Source: an uncultured Acidobacteriota bacterium (GTDB lineage Bacteria; Acidobacteriota; UBA6911). From it: DNA of 64,000 nucleotides. Under the pieces are notes generated by a model. That model saw only the letters and a program-made list of their open reading frames with translations. It made no database searches and had not been told where the DNA came from. Shown piece by piece: positions 50,453 through 60,545 of this stretch (positions within the stretch are counted from its first letter, which is position 1; every line of letters begins with the position of its first letter). Location of the stretch: contig CAWHCF010000025.1 of assembly GCA_963827655.1 (NCBI GenBank), positions 64,001 through 128,000 of the forward strand, read 5' to 3'. Made by a program: the position numbers and the translations under genes.

Positions 50453-53400
50453 ATGCGTCGAGCTTTCTCCCTGCTGTTGTTGGGCTCTATTGTCGCTGTG
50501 GCGGTACCCGCCTCGGCCCAGGATGTACGTGCCTCGATCTCCGGCATCGTGACCGACCAGTCTGGCTCGGTTGTGCCAGGGGCTACGGTCACGGCGACCA
50601 GCGTCGAACGCAACACGCCGAGCTCGACGGTCACATCCGAAACCGGCAACTACCTCGTTCAATTTCTGCTGCCGGGAATGTACCGCATCTCGGCCGAGCT
50701 TCCGGGGTTCAAGAGATTCGTGCGGGAGAACATCCTGCTTCAGATCGGAGACAGAGCGCGCATCGACATCGCGCTCGAAGTGGGAGGGAGCTCGGAATCC
50801 GTCGTCGTCAGCGAGGCGTCGGCCTTGCTCGAGACTGAGACCGGAACTCTCGGCCAGGTCATCACGAGCCAGCAGATCGTCGACCTTCCGAACAACGGGC
50901 GCAACGTCTTCCAGCTTGTGTGGGCCGTGCCGGGAGTGATCAAGACCAGCACCTACTGGGGCTCGATGGAAAACTACGCAGTCGGCAATGCTTCCGGCGC
51001 CTCTATCAACGGCGGCAAGCAGAAGGAAAACGAAACCCTGCTCGACGGTACCACCGACACGGTTGCAAATCGCGACGTGAACTTTCAGCCGCCGCTCGAG
51101 TCGGTCAAGGAATTCAAGGTCAACACGGGCTTGTATGACGCCCAGCACGGCCGGACCGGCGGCGGTGTCACGACCATCATCACCAAGTCGGGCACCAACG
51201 CCTTTCACGGTTCGCTGTACGAGTTCAACAAGAACGATGCCCTGGGCGCCAATCCGTGGGTCTTGAACTACCTGGGCGAGCCGAAGCCGCACTTCATCAA
51301 CAATACCTTCGGTTTCGAGGTCGACGGCCCTCTCTATATTCCGAAGCTGTTTGACGGGCGCAACCGCGTCTTTTTCATGGTGGCGTACGAGGGGTTGCAG
51401 GAGCGTTCGGCCGGCGGCGACTCGACCGTGGTTCCGACCGACGCGCTGCGCGAGGGAGACTTCTCCGCGCTCGGGCGAGCAGTTTATGACCCCCTAACCA
51501 CTCAGACCGTGGGCGGGCAGATCGTGCGCGACCCGTTCCCCGGCAACCGGATTTCCTCGAGCCGCATCAGCCCGGTTGCCCGGAACGTGCTGGGGTATAT
51601 CCCCAAGCCCAATCGTGTAACCGCAAATCCGGCCGAAGATAATTACGCCGTCTCGCTCGGCGCCAAGAACTATTACAACCAGATTCTGACCAGGGTCGAC
51701 TGGGCGCTCAACTCGAAGAACACAGTTTACGTCCGCTACGGCCGGCTCCCCTTCACCGAGTTTGACGACATTCTCTTCGGCGGCGACAGCCCCGCCGAAC
51801 CGAGTACCGAGAACCCGCTCCACCGTAACTTCTACAATTGGAACGCCGACTGGACTTCGGTCCTGAGTCCGTCGACGGTCTTCAACCTGCGTGCAGGGCT
51901 GGCCCGCTACGTTAACACCGGCGGCAGCCCGCCGGCCGTCGGCTTTGACCCGCGCCAGCTCGGGTTCGCCGACAGTCTGGTCGCCCAGTTCACGTCGCGC
52001 AACTTCCCGCGCTTCGATATCGGCGGCGTCTACACGCCGGTCGGAAGCACCACGATCATCAACAAGAGCGTCAATGACGCGTACAGCTACCAGGCGAATC
52101 TGAACCGGGTGCAGGGAAATCATCAGTGGAAGTCTGGCGCCGAGTTCCGAATCTACAACCAGAACGTGATCAGCCCCGGCCTCGCAAGCGGCCAGTACGG
52201 GTTCTCGAGAGTTTTCACGCAGCGTGATCCCAACCGCGCCGACGCCACTTCGGGGGATGAGTTCGCCGCATTTCTGCTAGGCTATCCGTCGAGCGGGCGC
52301 GTCGACGTCAATATCGACCCCGCCTACCAGAACCACTACTACGCGCTCTATTTTCAGGACGACTGGAAGCTGACGCGCCGCCTCACGGTCAATCTCGGAC
52401 TGCGCTGGGACTACGAGCAGCCGCCGGCCGAGCGCTTCGATCGGATGACCCGCGGGTTCGCGTTCAACGAGGCACACCCGCTCGCCAGCCAGGTACCTTC
52501 TCTCAACCTCAAGGGGGGCATCCTCTATGTCGACCCCGACGAGCGCCTCGCCTTCGACACAGACAAGAACAACTTCCAGCCGCGGGCCGGCTTAGCCTAC
52601 CGTCTGGGCGAGAACTGGGTATTGCGCGGCGGTTACGGCCTCTTCTACCTGGGTGCGGCGGAGAGGGGAGGATCCGACGGCTTCAGCCGCCCAACCCCGT
52701 TGATCGCGAGCTCCGACAGCAACCAGACTCCGCGCGTCAATCTCACGAATTCCTTCCCGGAGGGTCTGTTGAGCCCCGTCGGCAACAGCCTGGGACGCAA
52801 CACCAACACCGGTCTCGGGATCGGCACCAACTTTCTGGACCGGCCGCTCCCCTACTCACACCAGTACTCGTTCGGCGTCCAGCGCGAGTTTCCGGGCCAG
52901 TGGCTGGTCGAGGTAGCCTACGCGGCCAATTTCACGCGCCGCTTGCCGGTGGCGGCCAACATCAACGTCCTGCCGGTCAGCGAGCTCGGGCGCGAAATCA
53001 CCTACTACACGACGCGCGTTCAGAACCCGATGGCGGGCTTGATCCCGAACAACGCCGCGCTCAACGGCGACACGATCCCGCGCGAGCAACTCCTGCTCCC
53101 CTTCCCTCACTACGGCGCCATCACGGTCAACAACAACCCGATCGGGCGGCAGGACTACCATTCCATGCAGAGCCGGCTGACGAAGCGTTTCAGTTATGGG
53201 ATGTCGCTGCTTGTGGCCTACACGATCTCCAAGAACCTGGAGCAGGTGAGCTTCCTCAACAATCAGGACTTCAACCTGCAGGACCCCGACGCGTCGAAGC
53301 TCGAGAAGCGCCTCACCCAGTTCGACGCGCCGCAGAAGTTCGTGGCGCTGCTGACAGCCGAGCTCCCGTTCGGCCATAACCGGCGCTTCGGCGCGAACGC

Positions 53401-53863
53401 GGCCCCGGTACTCGACAAACTGATCGGCGGCTGGCAGATCAACCTTGACGCGACGCTGCAGCGCGGTTTCCCGGCGAACTATCCGAATGCCGCCCAGATC
53501 GACGCGCGCAGTGCAAAGCTGCCCAGCGACCGGATCGACCTGGAGCACGCGTTCGACACCTCGCTCTTCCCGAGCACAGTGCCCGACCTGGCGCATAATC
53601 TGCGCACGTTCCCGACCCGCTTTCCCGACGTGCGGCTGCAGCCGCTGCAGAACATTGACTTCTCGGCCTACAAGAACACGCGGTTGACCGAGGCGCTGAC
53701 CTTCCAGTTCCGGGTCGAGTTCCTGAACGGGTTCAACCATCCCTGGTTCGCCGCCCTTGACGCCAACGGCCTGAACGTCACCAACTCGCGCTTCGGCTGG
53801 TATCGGCACGAAGAGACGAACCAGAACCGGCTGATTGCGCTGGTCGCGAAGATTTTCTGGTGA
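50453..53863 (+). CDS. TonB-dependent receptor (Oar-like), intact
   Basis: GIVTDQSGS, LPNNGRN, TKSGTNAFHG, FQDDWK, terminal AKIFW; GGAGG RBS. Confidence 0.92.
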   Translation: MRRAFSLLLLGSIVAVAVPASAQDVRASISGIVTDQSGSVVPGATVTATSVERNTPSSTVTSETGNYLVQFLLPGMYRISAELPGFKRFVRENILLQIGDRARIDIALEVGGSSESVVVSEASALLETETGTLGQVITSQQIVDLPNNGRNVFQLVWAVPGVIKTSTYWGSMENYAVGNASGASINGGKQKENETLLDGTTDTVANRDVNFQPPLESVKEFKVNTGLYDAQHGRTGGGVTTIITKSGTNAFHGSLYEFNKNDALGANPWVLNYLGEPKPHFINNTFGFEVDGPLYIPKLFDGRNRVFFMVAYEGLQERSAGGDSTVVPTDALREGDFSALGRAVYDPLTTQTVGGQIVRDPFPGNRISSSRISPVARNVLGYIPKPNRVTANPAEDNYAVSLGAKNYYNQILTRVDWALNSKNTVYVRYGRLPFTEFDDILFGGDSPAEPSTENPLHRNFYNWNADWTSVLSPSTVFNLRAGLARYVNTGGSPPAVGFDPRQLGFADSLVAQFTSRNFPRFDIGGVYTPVGSTTIINKSVNDAYSYQANLNRVQGNHQWKSGAEFRIYNQNVISPGLASGQYGFSRVFTQRDPNRADATSGDEFAAFLLGYPSSGRVDVNIDPAYQNHYYALYFQDDWKLTRRLTVNLGLRWDYEQPPAERFDRMTRGFAFNEAHPLASQVPSLNLKGGILYVDPDERLAFDTDKNNFQPRAGLAYRLGENWVLRGGYGLFYLGAAERGGSDGFSRPTPLIASSDSNQTPRVNLTNSFPEGLLSPVGNSLGRNTNTGLGIGTNFLDRPLPYSHQYSFGVQREFPGQWLVEVAYAANFTRRLPVAANINVLPVSELGREITYYTTRVQNPMAGLIPNNAALNGDTIPREQLLLPFPHYGAITVNNNPIGRQDYHSMQSRLTKRFSYGMSLLVAYTISKNLEQVSFLNNQDFNLQDPDASKLEKRLTQFDAPQKFVALLTAELPFGHNRRFGANAAPVLDKLIGGWQINLDATLQRGFPANYPNAAQIDARSAKLPSDRIDLEHAFDTSLFPSTVPDLAHNLRTFPTRFPDVRLQPLQNIDFSAYKNTRLTEALTFQFRVEFLNGFNHPWFAALDANGLNVTNSRFGWYRHEETNQNRLIALVAKIFW

Positions 53864-53962
53864 TTGACCTCCCGAGTGAGTCCACCGCTCCGATCCTGGG
53901 CGGAGGCGCTACTTCGAGTTTGGGCTTGAGAGCGAGGCTTGCCGGAAGCTATATTCTTGGTT

Positions 53963-54475
53963 ATGACGACCAGGGTTTTGATGGGTGTAGATGAATACCT
54001 GCGCACCAGTTTCGAGGGAGCCGACTGCGAGTTTCTGGACGGCGAGGTGGTGGAGCGCAACCTGGGCGAGTTGCCACACAGCACGGCACAGGCCAGGCTG
54101 ATCTACCTGCTTATGCTGATCGCGGAAAAAACGGGCATCCGTGTACAGTCAGAGATTCGAATTCAGATAAATCCACGCCGCTTTCGCGTGGCGGACATTG
54201 CTGTATGGCGCGCCGGCAACATCGGAACTCGTGTTCCTTCAGTGCCTCCTTTCCTGGTAATCGAAATCCTCTCCGCCGAAGACCGGATGGTGCGGATGCA
54301 ACCGAAAATTCAGGAATACCTATCGATTGGAGTGGAGTATGTCTGGCTGGTTGACCCGCAAGAAGGCCAGGCATTGCTATACTCGCAGCAGGCTCCGGCG
54401 GGACGTCTGGATGACATACTGAGGACGGAAAACCCTAGCCTCGAGATCCCCCTGGAATCGGTGCTCTCCGCATAG
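53963..54475 (+). CDS. Uma2 (DUF820) family endonuclease
   Basis: EFLDGEVVE, HSTAQ, FRVADIAV, LVIEILS, K..EY...GVEYVWLVDP. Confidence 0.9.
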   Translation: MTTRVLMGVDEYLRTSFEGADCEFLDGEVVERNLGELPHSTAQARLIYLLMLIAEKTGIRVQSEIRIQINPRRFRVADIAVWRAGNIGTRVPSVPPFLVIEILSAEDRMVRMQPKIQEYLSIGVEYVWLVDPQEGQALLYSQQAPAGRLDDILRTENPSLEIPLESVLSA

Positions 54476-54598
54476 CCTTCAAGTCAGACCCGGTCAAGAA
54501 TCCCTTTGCCTGTCCAGCCCCAATAGCAACCTCACGCAGCGCCGAAAGTGTGCTCGAGTCGGCGCCTCCGATGCATGAGCGATCGCCCGCATTCATGC

Positions 54599-57500
54599 TC
54601 AGAAAACAATTTTCGCCCCGAACTGGAACTGCCGCTGGTCCTGAATCGCCGTCGTGACCTCGCCGAAGCCCGCGCCGCCGAAAGTCGAGCCCGGATTGTT
54701 GAAGTGCGGAGTGTTGGTGACGTTGAACGACTCGACGCGCAGCTCGAAGGCGAACTGTTCGCCGATCTGGAACTTACGAAACACCGAGAGGTCCAGATTG
54801 ACGAATCCCGGCCCGGTGAGGATGTTTCGTCCGACGTTGCCGAATGTGCTCGGGGCGGGCGCCGAGAATTTCGATGTGTCGAACCAGAGACTGCCGCGCC
54901 CGACGCCGCCGAGGATCTCGGGACTGCCGGCGACGTTGGGGCGGTTTCCGTTGCCCGGGGCGTTCAGCGTCGTAGCGCTGAACGTGATGTTCAGGGGCAG
55001 GCCCGTCTGGCCACGGAAGATTCCATTGATCTGCCATCCGCCCAGCAGCCAGCTGGCTGGCCCGCTCTTGAGCCAAGCGCTTGGTCGGCCCGAACGGAAG
55101 GTCGTAGATGTAGCTCTGGACAAAGACGTGAGTCCGGTCGAAATTGGAGCGCGCCCGGTTCTCCCGAACGCGAATGTGGTCGAACAGGCCGCCGTTGTCG
55201 GCCGAGTAATCAATCGCCTTGCCGTAGGTGTAGGCGGTCGTCAAGAGGAAATCGGCCGAAAGGCGGCGGTCCAGCTTGACCTGGAGCGACTGGTAGTTGG
55301 TATCCGTCCGGACCCAGGTCCGGGTTTCGGCGCGCCGGCCGAACAGGAGGTTGAGCGGCTGGCCGGCGGCGCCGGCGCCCGGAATGAAGCCGGCGTTGAC
55401 GTTCCGGCGGGCCAGGATGCCGACTCCGTGATTGCCGACGTATGCCAGCTCGAGAGTGAACTGCCAGGGGAGAGCCCGCTGAAGCGCCACGTTCCACGAC
55501 TGAAGATAAGCCTCCCTGAGGTTGAGCGGAACGATGTCATAGGTAAAATCCGGCGCGCTGGTAATGATGCCGTCGGGCGGAATCACGGCCGTCCTCGGCG
55601 GAGGGAAGCCGGACGCGAGCGAACCGGCAGCCGAGTATGAGTTCAACGGGTTAAAGGCGTTGTTCTGAAGCACCGGGTAGTTAAAAGCGTAGCTGTTGTC
55701 GGGAAACGGAACGGTGCTGATGCCATAGCCGCCCCGGAGCACGGTCCGATCGTTCCAGCGGTACGCCACGCCGAACCGCGGACCGAAGTTAGTCCACGGG
55801 GTCTTGCGCCCCAGGTTCATGGGGTTGTCGCCGATGCCGGCCAGGATCAGCGCATTCGTTTGCGGGTCGTAGTTCGAAAAGCCGCCGGGAAACTGCGGAT
55901 CGGGTGGAGGCCACAACTCATGCCGCAGACCGAGGTCGAGGGTCAGCGTGGGTGAGACCTGCCACTTGTCCTGGACGTAGGTGAAGACCGGCATCTGGCG
56001 GATCGACGAAAAAAGACTGGGCAGATCGCGGATGAGAGCCGTCGGCTGGTCGAGGAGGAACGAGGCGAATGAGTTCGCGAAGCTCGTCTGCGGATCTCCG
56101 TTGCGAGCCGTCGGACCGGCGCCGAAGGTCCACTGGCCGCGCGGATTGAAGATGCCCGCCTGCAGGTCGTCGCGCAGCCGGCGTATGTCGACGCCCCACT
56201 TGAGCGTGTGGTTGCCCAGGACCCGGGTCCAGTTATTCACCAGGTTGAAGTTAGTCTCCGCGCGCTTCCAGGGCTGGTTGGTGGCGAACCCGACCGTCGG
56301 GTTCGAGAAACCGTCGATGCTGATGGAGGTCAGGCCGCTGGTCGAAAGGTCGAGGTTGATGCCCGGGATGCCGATGTCCTTCGATGTCGTCGAGCCGTAG
56401 TCTTCCTGCTGCGTGACATTCAGATAGCGCGAGAAGCCGAGCCGGATCTCCGTGATCAGCCTGGGACTGAAGATGCGGGTGTAGCTGATGGCGCCGCTCT
56501 GGGTTTTGTTCGTCCCGTCTCCCGCAAATCCGCTGTTCTTCGGGCCGCCGTAGGGCGGATAGAGACTGGGATCGAACACGCGAGGTTCCTGGAAACTGTA
56601 GCGCGCTGAGGCGTTGTCCTTCGGGGTGAACTGGTGGTCCACCTTGACGTCGAATGAGTCGGTATTCTTCACACGGGTGGTCGCCTTTTCCAGGTTCGTG
56701 CTCAGGCCGGGAAAGGTGGGGGGCGGAATGAACGCCAGCAGCCGCTGGGCGATCGGGCTGATCCGGTTCGATGGAATGATCTTGTCTGCGAACGCTTGCC
56801 GTCCGGTCCCGTCGGGGTTGCCGGTCGCCGGATCGTATATCGTCGTGGTGGACGCGCTGAGGTCGCCCGAGCGGAAGGCCATCGTCGGGATGGTGACCCG
56901 GGTCACATCGCCCCGATGGTCTCGCGTCCCCTGGTAGTCGCCGAAGAAGAACGTCCGGTTCCGCCGGATCGGGCCGCCCAGCGTGAAGCCGAACTGGTTG
57001 TAGACCGTGGGCGCCTTGGTTAATGCAAACACATTGCGCGCCGAAGTGGCGCTCGTGCGGTTGAACTCGAAGACGCTTCCGTGAATCTCGTTGGTGCCGG
57101 ATCGCAGCACGACATTGAGAACAGCCCCGCCCGCGCGCCCCAGCTCGGCCTCGTAGTTCGAGGTCGTGATATCGACAGTCTGGATGGCCTCGATCGGCGG
57201 GATCAGGACCTGCAGCAGGCCGCTGCGGTGGTTGTCGTCGATTCCCTCGAGCTGAACGTTGTTGGCCATGCGCGACTGGCCGTTGACGTTCGTGGCCAGG
57301 CTGTCCTGCGAGTTGAAAAACTCCGAGTGCTCGCGCGTCAATCGCGTCGCGCCTGGCACCAGGATGACCAGGCTCTGGAAGTTGCGGTTGTAAAGCAGCG
57401 GCATGTCCTGGAGCTGGCGGGTCTCGATCTTGATTCCGGTGTCGGCGCGGTCGGTCTGCAGTGTCAGCGGCGCCGCCGTCACCTCGATGGTCTCACTCGC

Positions 57501-57827
57501 GGCGCCCGGCTCGAGCACCGCATCCGCCCGGATCGTGCTATTGACCTGAACTTCGACGCCGTCACGCACCGCCTTGCGAAACCCCGGCAGCTCGACCGCG
57601 ACACGGTATGTCCCGGTCTCCAGGTTCGCAAAGACGTAATAGCCGCTCGCGTTCGTCTCGGTCGAGCGGCTGATGCCGGTGTTCACCTCGGTGATCGTTA
57701 TCCCTGCCCCGGGAACGACGGCGCCCGACCCGTCGGTCACGGTTCCGAGCAGCGTTCCCTTCACCGCCTGCCCGTATGCCATCGGGCACACGAGCGCCAC
57801 GACAATCAGCAGAATCTTGGGTCTCAT
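54599..57827 (-). CDS. TonB-dependent receptor (Oar-like), frameshift near 55080
   Basis: GTVTDGSGA, AELGRAGG, RSGTNEIHG, VQDKW, terminal RQFQFGAKIVF. Confidence 0.9.
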
Positions 57828-57941
57828 AGCAATCCTCCCTGACAGGCGACCAGAATGGGGCCAACATAACACACCCATGAATTCGCCGTCGTCAGAATTC
57901 AGGCAAGACTGAAAAAATGCTCGGACAAGCTTCCAGCTTCA

Positions 57942-58050
57942 TGTGGCGACGGGTCATTGACCCGTCGCAAGTAACGTGATCGGGAGGATTAGCCTAAAAA
58001 GTTCCTTTGTGCCATGTGGGCCGGACGGGCTTGATAGCCCGTCCGCACAG
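57942..58050. repeat. REPIN-like element (two inverted REP hairpins)
   Basis: tgtggcgacgggtcattgacccgtcgc ... cggacgggcttgatagcccgtccgcaca. Confidence 0.8.
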
Positions 58051-58108
58051 GTATCGGGAGGTTTTGCTTTGCGCCTTGAGTTGTGGAAGCTTGCGGCCGG
58101 TGCGCGGG

Positions 58109-58669
58109 TCAGGGCGACTCCCGCTCGGCTCCGCGGCTGAGCCGCTCGAGCCGCTGGAGCAGGCGCCGCGCGGGTTTCCCGTCGATCCGGGGCTTCGATG
58201 CATAGCGCCGCAGGATCTTTAGCTCGTCCTTCGGGCGGCGCCGGCGGTGGTAAAGGTTGGCGAGTTGCTCGTAGTACCAGTGAGGGACTGGCCGGGCCTG
58301 GGCGCGCGCCTTCTCCTCTACGGTGTCGACGAGCACGAGAAGCATCTCAATAGCCTCGTCGATCCGCCCCTGACGTCGCAGCTCCGCTAGCTCACGGCCG
58401 AAGGCCGGCCGGGCCAGCGGGTCGAGCGGCCGGGTGGAGAGCGGGGGAGAGGCGGCCGGCGCGCGGGCGAAGAGCGATACGCGCGGGCCGCGCCCATGCA
58501 GGAAGAGGCTCGTCACCAGGGCGAGTGGACCGAACGCCACACTCAGCGCCAGCCATTGCCAAGTGTGCAGACCGCGCAGGAATCCATTCACGAACGACAG
58601 CAGCGCGCAGCAGACCCACACCAGTGCCCCGAGTACGGCGAGCTCCCTTCCACCCAGGGAGTCGATCAT
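58109..58669 (-). CDS. Hypothetical membrane protein with TPR-like C-terminus
   Basis: Two N-terminal TM segments; LRRQGRIDEAI, WYYEQLANLY, ELKILRRY. Confidence 0.6.
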   Translation of the reverse strand: MIDSLGGRELAVLGALVWVCCALLSFVNGFLRGLHTWQWLALSVAFGPLALVTSLFLHGRGPRVSLFARAPAASPPLSTRPLDPLARPAFGRELAELRRQGRIDEAIEMLLVLVDTVEEKARAQARPVPHWYYEQLANLYHRRRRPKDELKILRRYASKPRIDGKPARRLLQRLERLSRGAERESP

Positions 58670-58706
58670 GATCGATGCTGAATTCTAGCACGCACCCCTC
58701 TCGCTC

Positions 58707-58775
58707 TAACCCCGAAGACACAAAGACCCGAAGAAACGCGAAAGCATCTCTTCGAGTCTTTGAGTCTTGGTGGTT
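58707..58775. repeat. 9-mer-periodic repeat, inverted pair in the opposite arrangement
   Basis: taaccccgaagacacaaagacccgaaga ... tcttcgagtctttgagtcttggtggtt. Confidence 0.75.
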
Positions 58776-58792
58776 TGGTCTTTGTTTCGGGT

Positions 58793-58850
58793 CAGAGGGC
58801 GAGGCACTGCGAGGCGCCCTGATCAGGCGTCCTTAGTGCGTCGCCCTCTG
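58793..58850. repeat. Long hairpin downstream of amtB
   Basis: cagagggcgaggcact...agtgcgtcgccctctg; no U-tract. Confidence 0.5.
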
Positions 58851-58871
58851 TGCCCGTCGTACCCGCGAGGA

Positions 58872-60278
58872 TTAGGTTTCCTCGAGCGCGGACTTGGGAA
58901 TCATCAAACCGTCGGGTGCCGGGGTCTTCGCCAGCTGCGGAGCCTCACTACGTCCCGTCACGCCGAAAGCATAGGCATTTTCAGTGTGCTGGCTGAGGTC
59001 CAGCCCGAGCCGCTCTTCATTCTCCGTGACGCGCAGCCCCATAACCGCCTTCACCACTACAAGAATCACAAGGGTTCCCAGCGATGCAAATGCAATGGTA
59101 GCGATCACGGCTATGAACTGCACCCGGAGGAGGTCCCAGTTTCCATAGAGCAGTCCGTCGGCGCCGGCCGGGTTAATGAGCTTCGACGCGAATATTCCGG
59201 TTGCCAGCGCGCCCCAGGTACCACCAACTCCGTGGACCCCCACAACATCCAGAGAGTCATCGTATCCGAACTTCGATTTGAGCATGCAAGCCGAATAGCA
59301 GAAGACTCCTGCGCAGCCCCCGATCACGATGGCTGCAAGCGGTCCCACGAAGCCGGAGGCCGGAGTAATGGCCACCAGACCGGCAACGGCGCCGCTGGCC
59401 GCTCCAAGAACGGTAGGCTTTCCTTTCAAGATCCACTCACTGAACATCCACGACAGTGTCGCCGCGGCGGCAGCGGTATGCGTGACCACGAAGGCGCTGG
59501 TTGCCAGGCCGGAGCCTGACAAGGCGGATCCGGCGTTGAAGCCGAACCAGCCGACCCAAAGCAACGAGGCTCCCAGTACCGTGAACGGAAGATTATGAGG
59601 AGGCGCCGGTTCGACTCCGTATCCGACGCGCTTGCCGATGAACATCGCGCAGACCAACGCCGAGAAGCCCGAGCTGATGTGAACGACCGTCCCTCCGGCA
59701 AAGTCCAGAGCGCCCAGGTTGCGCAGCCAGCCTCCCACTCCCCAAACCCAGTGCGCGAGCGGATCATAGATGAAGGTTGCCCACAACAGCGTCAACACCA
59801 GGAAGCTGCTGAATTTCATCCTTTCGGCGAAAGCGCCTGTCATCAACGCCGGCGTGATCACGGCAAACATCAGCTGAAAGATCATGAAGGCCTGATGGGG
59901 AATCGTCGCCGCATAGTCTGCATTTGGAGCGGCTCCCACACCGCTCAATCCCAGCCACTGCAGGCCTCCGATTATGCTCGTTCCAGGGGCGAACGAAAGA
60001 CTGTATCCGATCAGGACCCACTGGATGCTGATCAGAGCGGAAATGATGAAGCTCTGCATGATCGTCCCCAGCACGTTCTTGGTCCTCACCATTCCGCCGT
60101 AGAAGAGGGCCAGCCCCGGGATTGTCATGAGCAGAACCAGGGCCGAAGAGAGCAATACCCAAGCGGTATCTCCCGTATCCACAGCCGGCGCTTGTCCCGC
60201 GTCTTGGGCGAAAACCGAGCTTCCCATGCCCACGAGCGCGAGCATGAGAAGACTGAATGCGAAACTCCTCTTTGTCAT
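58872..60278 (-). CDS. amtB: Ammonium transporter
   Basis: GDTAW, PGLALFYGG, FQLMFAVIT, AHWVW, DFAGGTVVH, GWFGFNAGS, DDSLDVVGVHG; AGGAGG RBS before ATG 60278. Confidence 0.97.
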   Translation of the reverse strand: MTKRSFAFSLLMLALVGMGSSVFAQDAGQAPAVDTGDTAWVLLSSALVLLMTIPGLALFYGGMVRTKNVLGTIMQSFIISALISIQWVLIGYSLSFAPGTSIIGGLQWLGLSGVGAAPNADYAATIPHQAFMIFQLMFAVITPALMTGAFAERMKFSSFLVLTLLWATFIYDPLAHWVWGVGGWLRNLGALDFAGGTVVHISSGFSALVCAMFIGKRVGYGVEPAPPHNLPFTVLGASLLWVGWFGFNAGSALSGSGLATSAFVVTHTAAAAATLSWMFSEWILKGKPTVLGAASGAVAGLVAITPASGFVGPLAAIVIGGCAGVFCYSACMLKSKFGYDDSLDVVGVHGVGGTWGALATGIFASKLINPAGADGLLYGNWDLLRVQFIAVIATIAFASLGTLVILVVVKAVMGLRVTENEERLGLDLSQHTENAYAFGVTGRSEAPQLAKTPAPDGLMIPKSALEET

Positions 60279-60302
60279 CGTTCCAGGCCTCCTTACAGGC
60301 GC

Positions 60303-60348
60303 AAAAAAAAAGTCCAGTGGCATAGAAAGGCAACTGCGCCACTGGACT
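60303..60348 (-). terminator. Intrinsic terminator 2 in the amtB leader
   Basis: Minus strand AGTCCAGTGGC...GCCACTGGACT followed by a long U-tract. Confidence 0.8.
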
Positions 60349-60450
60349 CCGTTGTCTGAGTAAACTTCGGGCCTAAAAACAAAAAAGTCTTCAGACTCCA
60401 AGAGCCCGAAGACTTCGTCGTCACACAAATTCGGCACGCCTTTGTGCCGA
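60345..60450 (-). promoter_or_regulatory. ANTAR-type hexaloop hairpins overlapping the terminators
   Basis: TCGGCAC-AAAGGC-GTGCCGA (60450-60431), GAC-GACGAA-GTC (60422-60411), GAC-AACGGA-GTC (60356-60345). Confidence 0.7.
60375..60415 (-). terminator. Intrinsic terminator 1 in the amtB leader
   Basis: Minus strand AAGTCTTCGGGCTC-TTG-GAGTCTGAAGACTT then TTTTGTTTTT. Confidence 0.8.
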
Positions 60451-60545
60451 TTGCGGAACTTTTAAGGCAGCCGGAAGGAATAGTCAAGAATTATTTCGGG
60501 ATTCATAGAAAAGCAGTAGGCAGTAAGTCAGGCCGGGGAATCTTG

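Noticed and set aside
60279-60437. N-terminal extension of AmtB in the ORF track, or a leader peptide
   Set aside because: Runs through terminator hairpins; a strong AGGAGG RBS and signal-like sequence support ATG 60278
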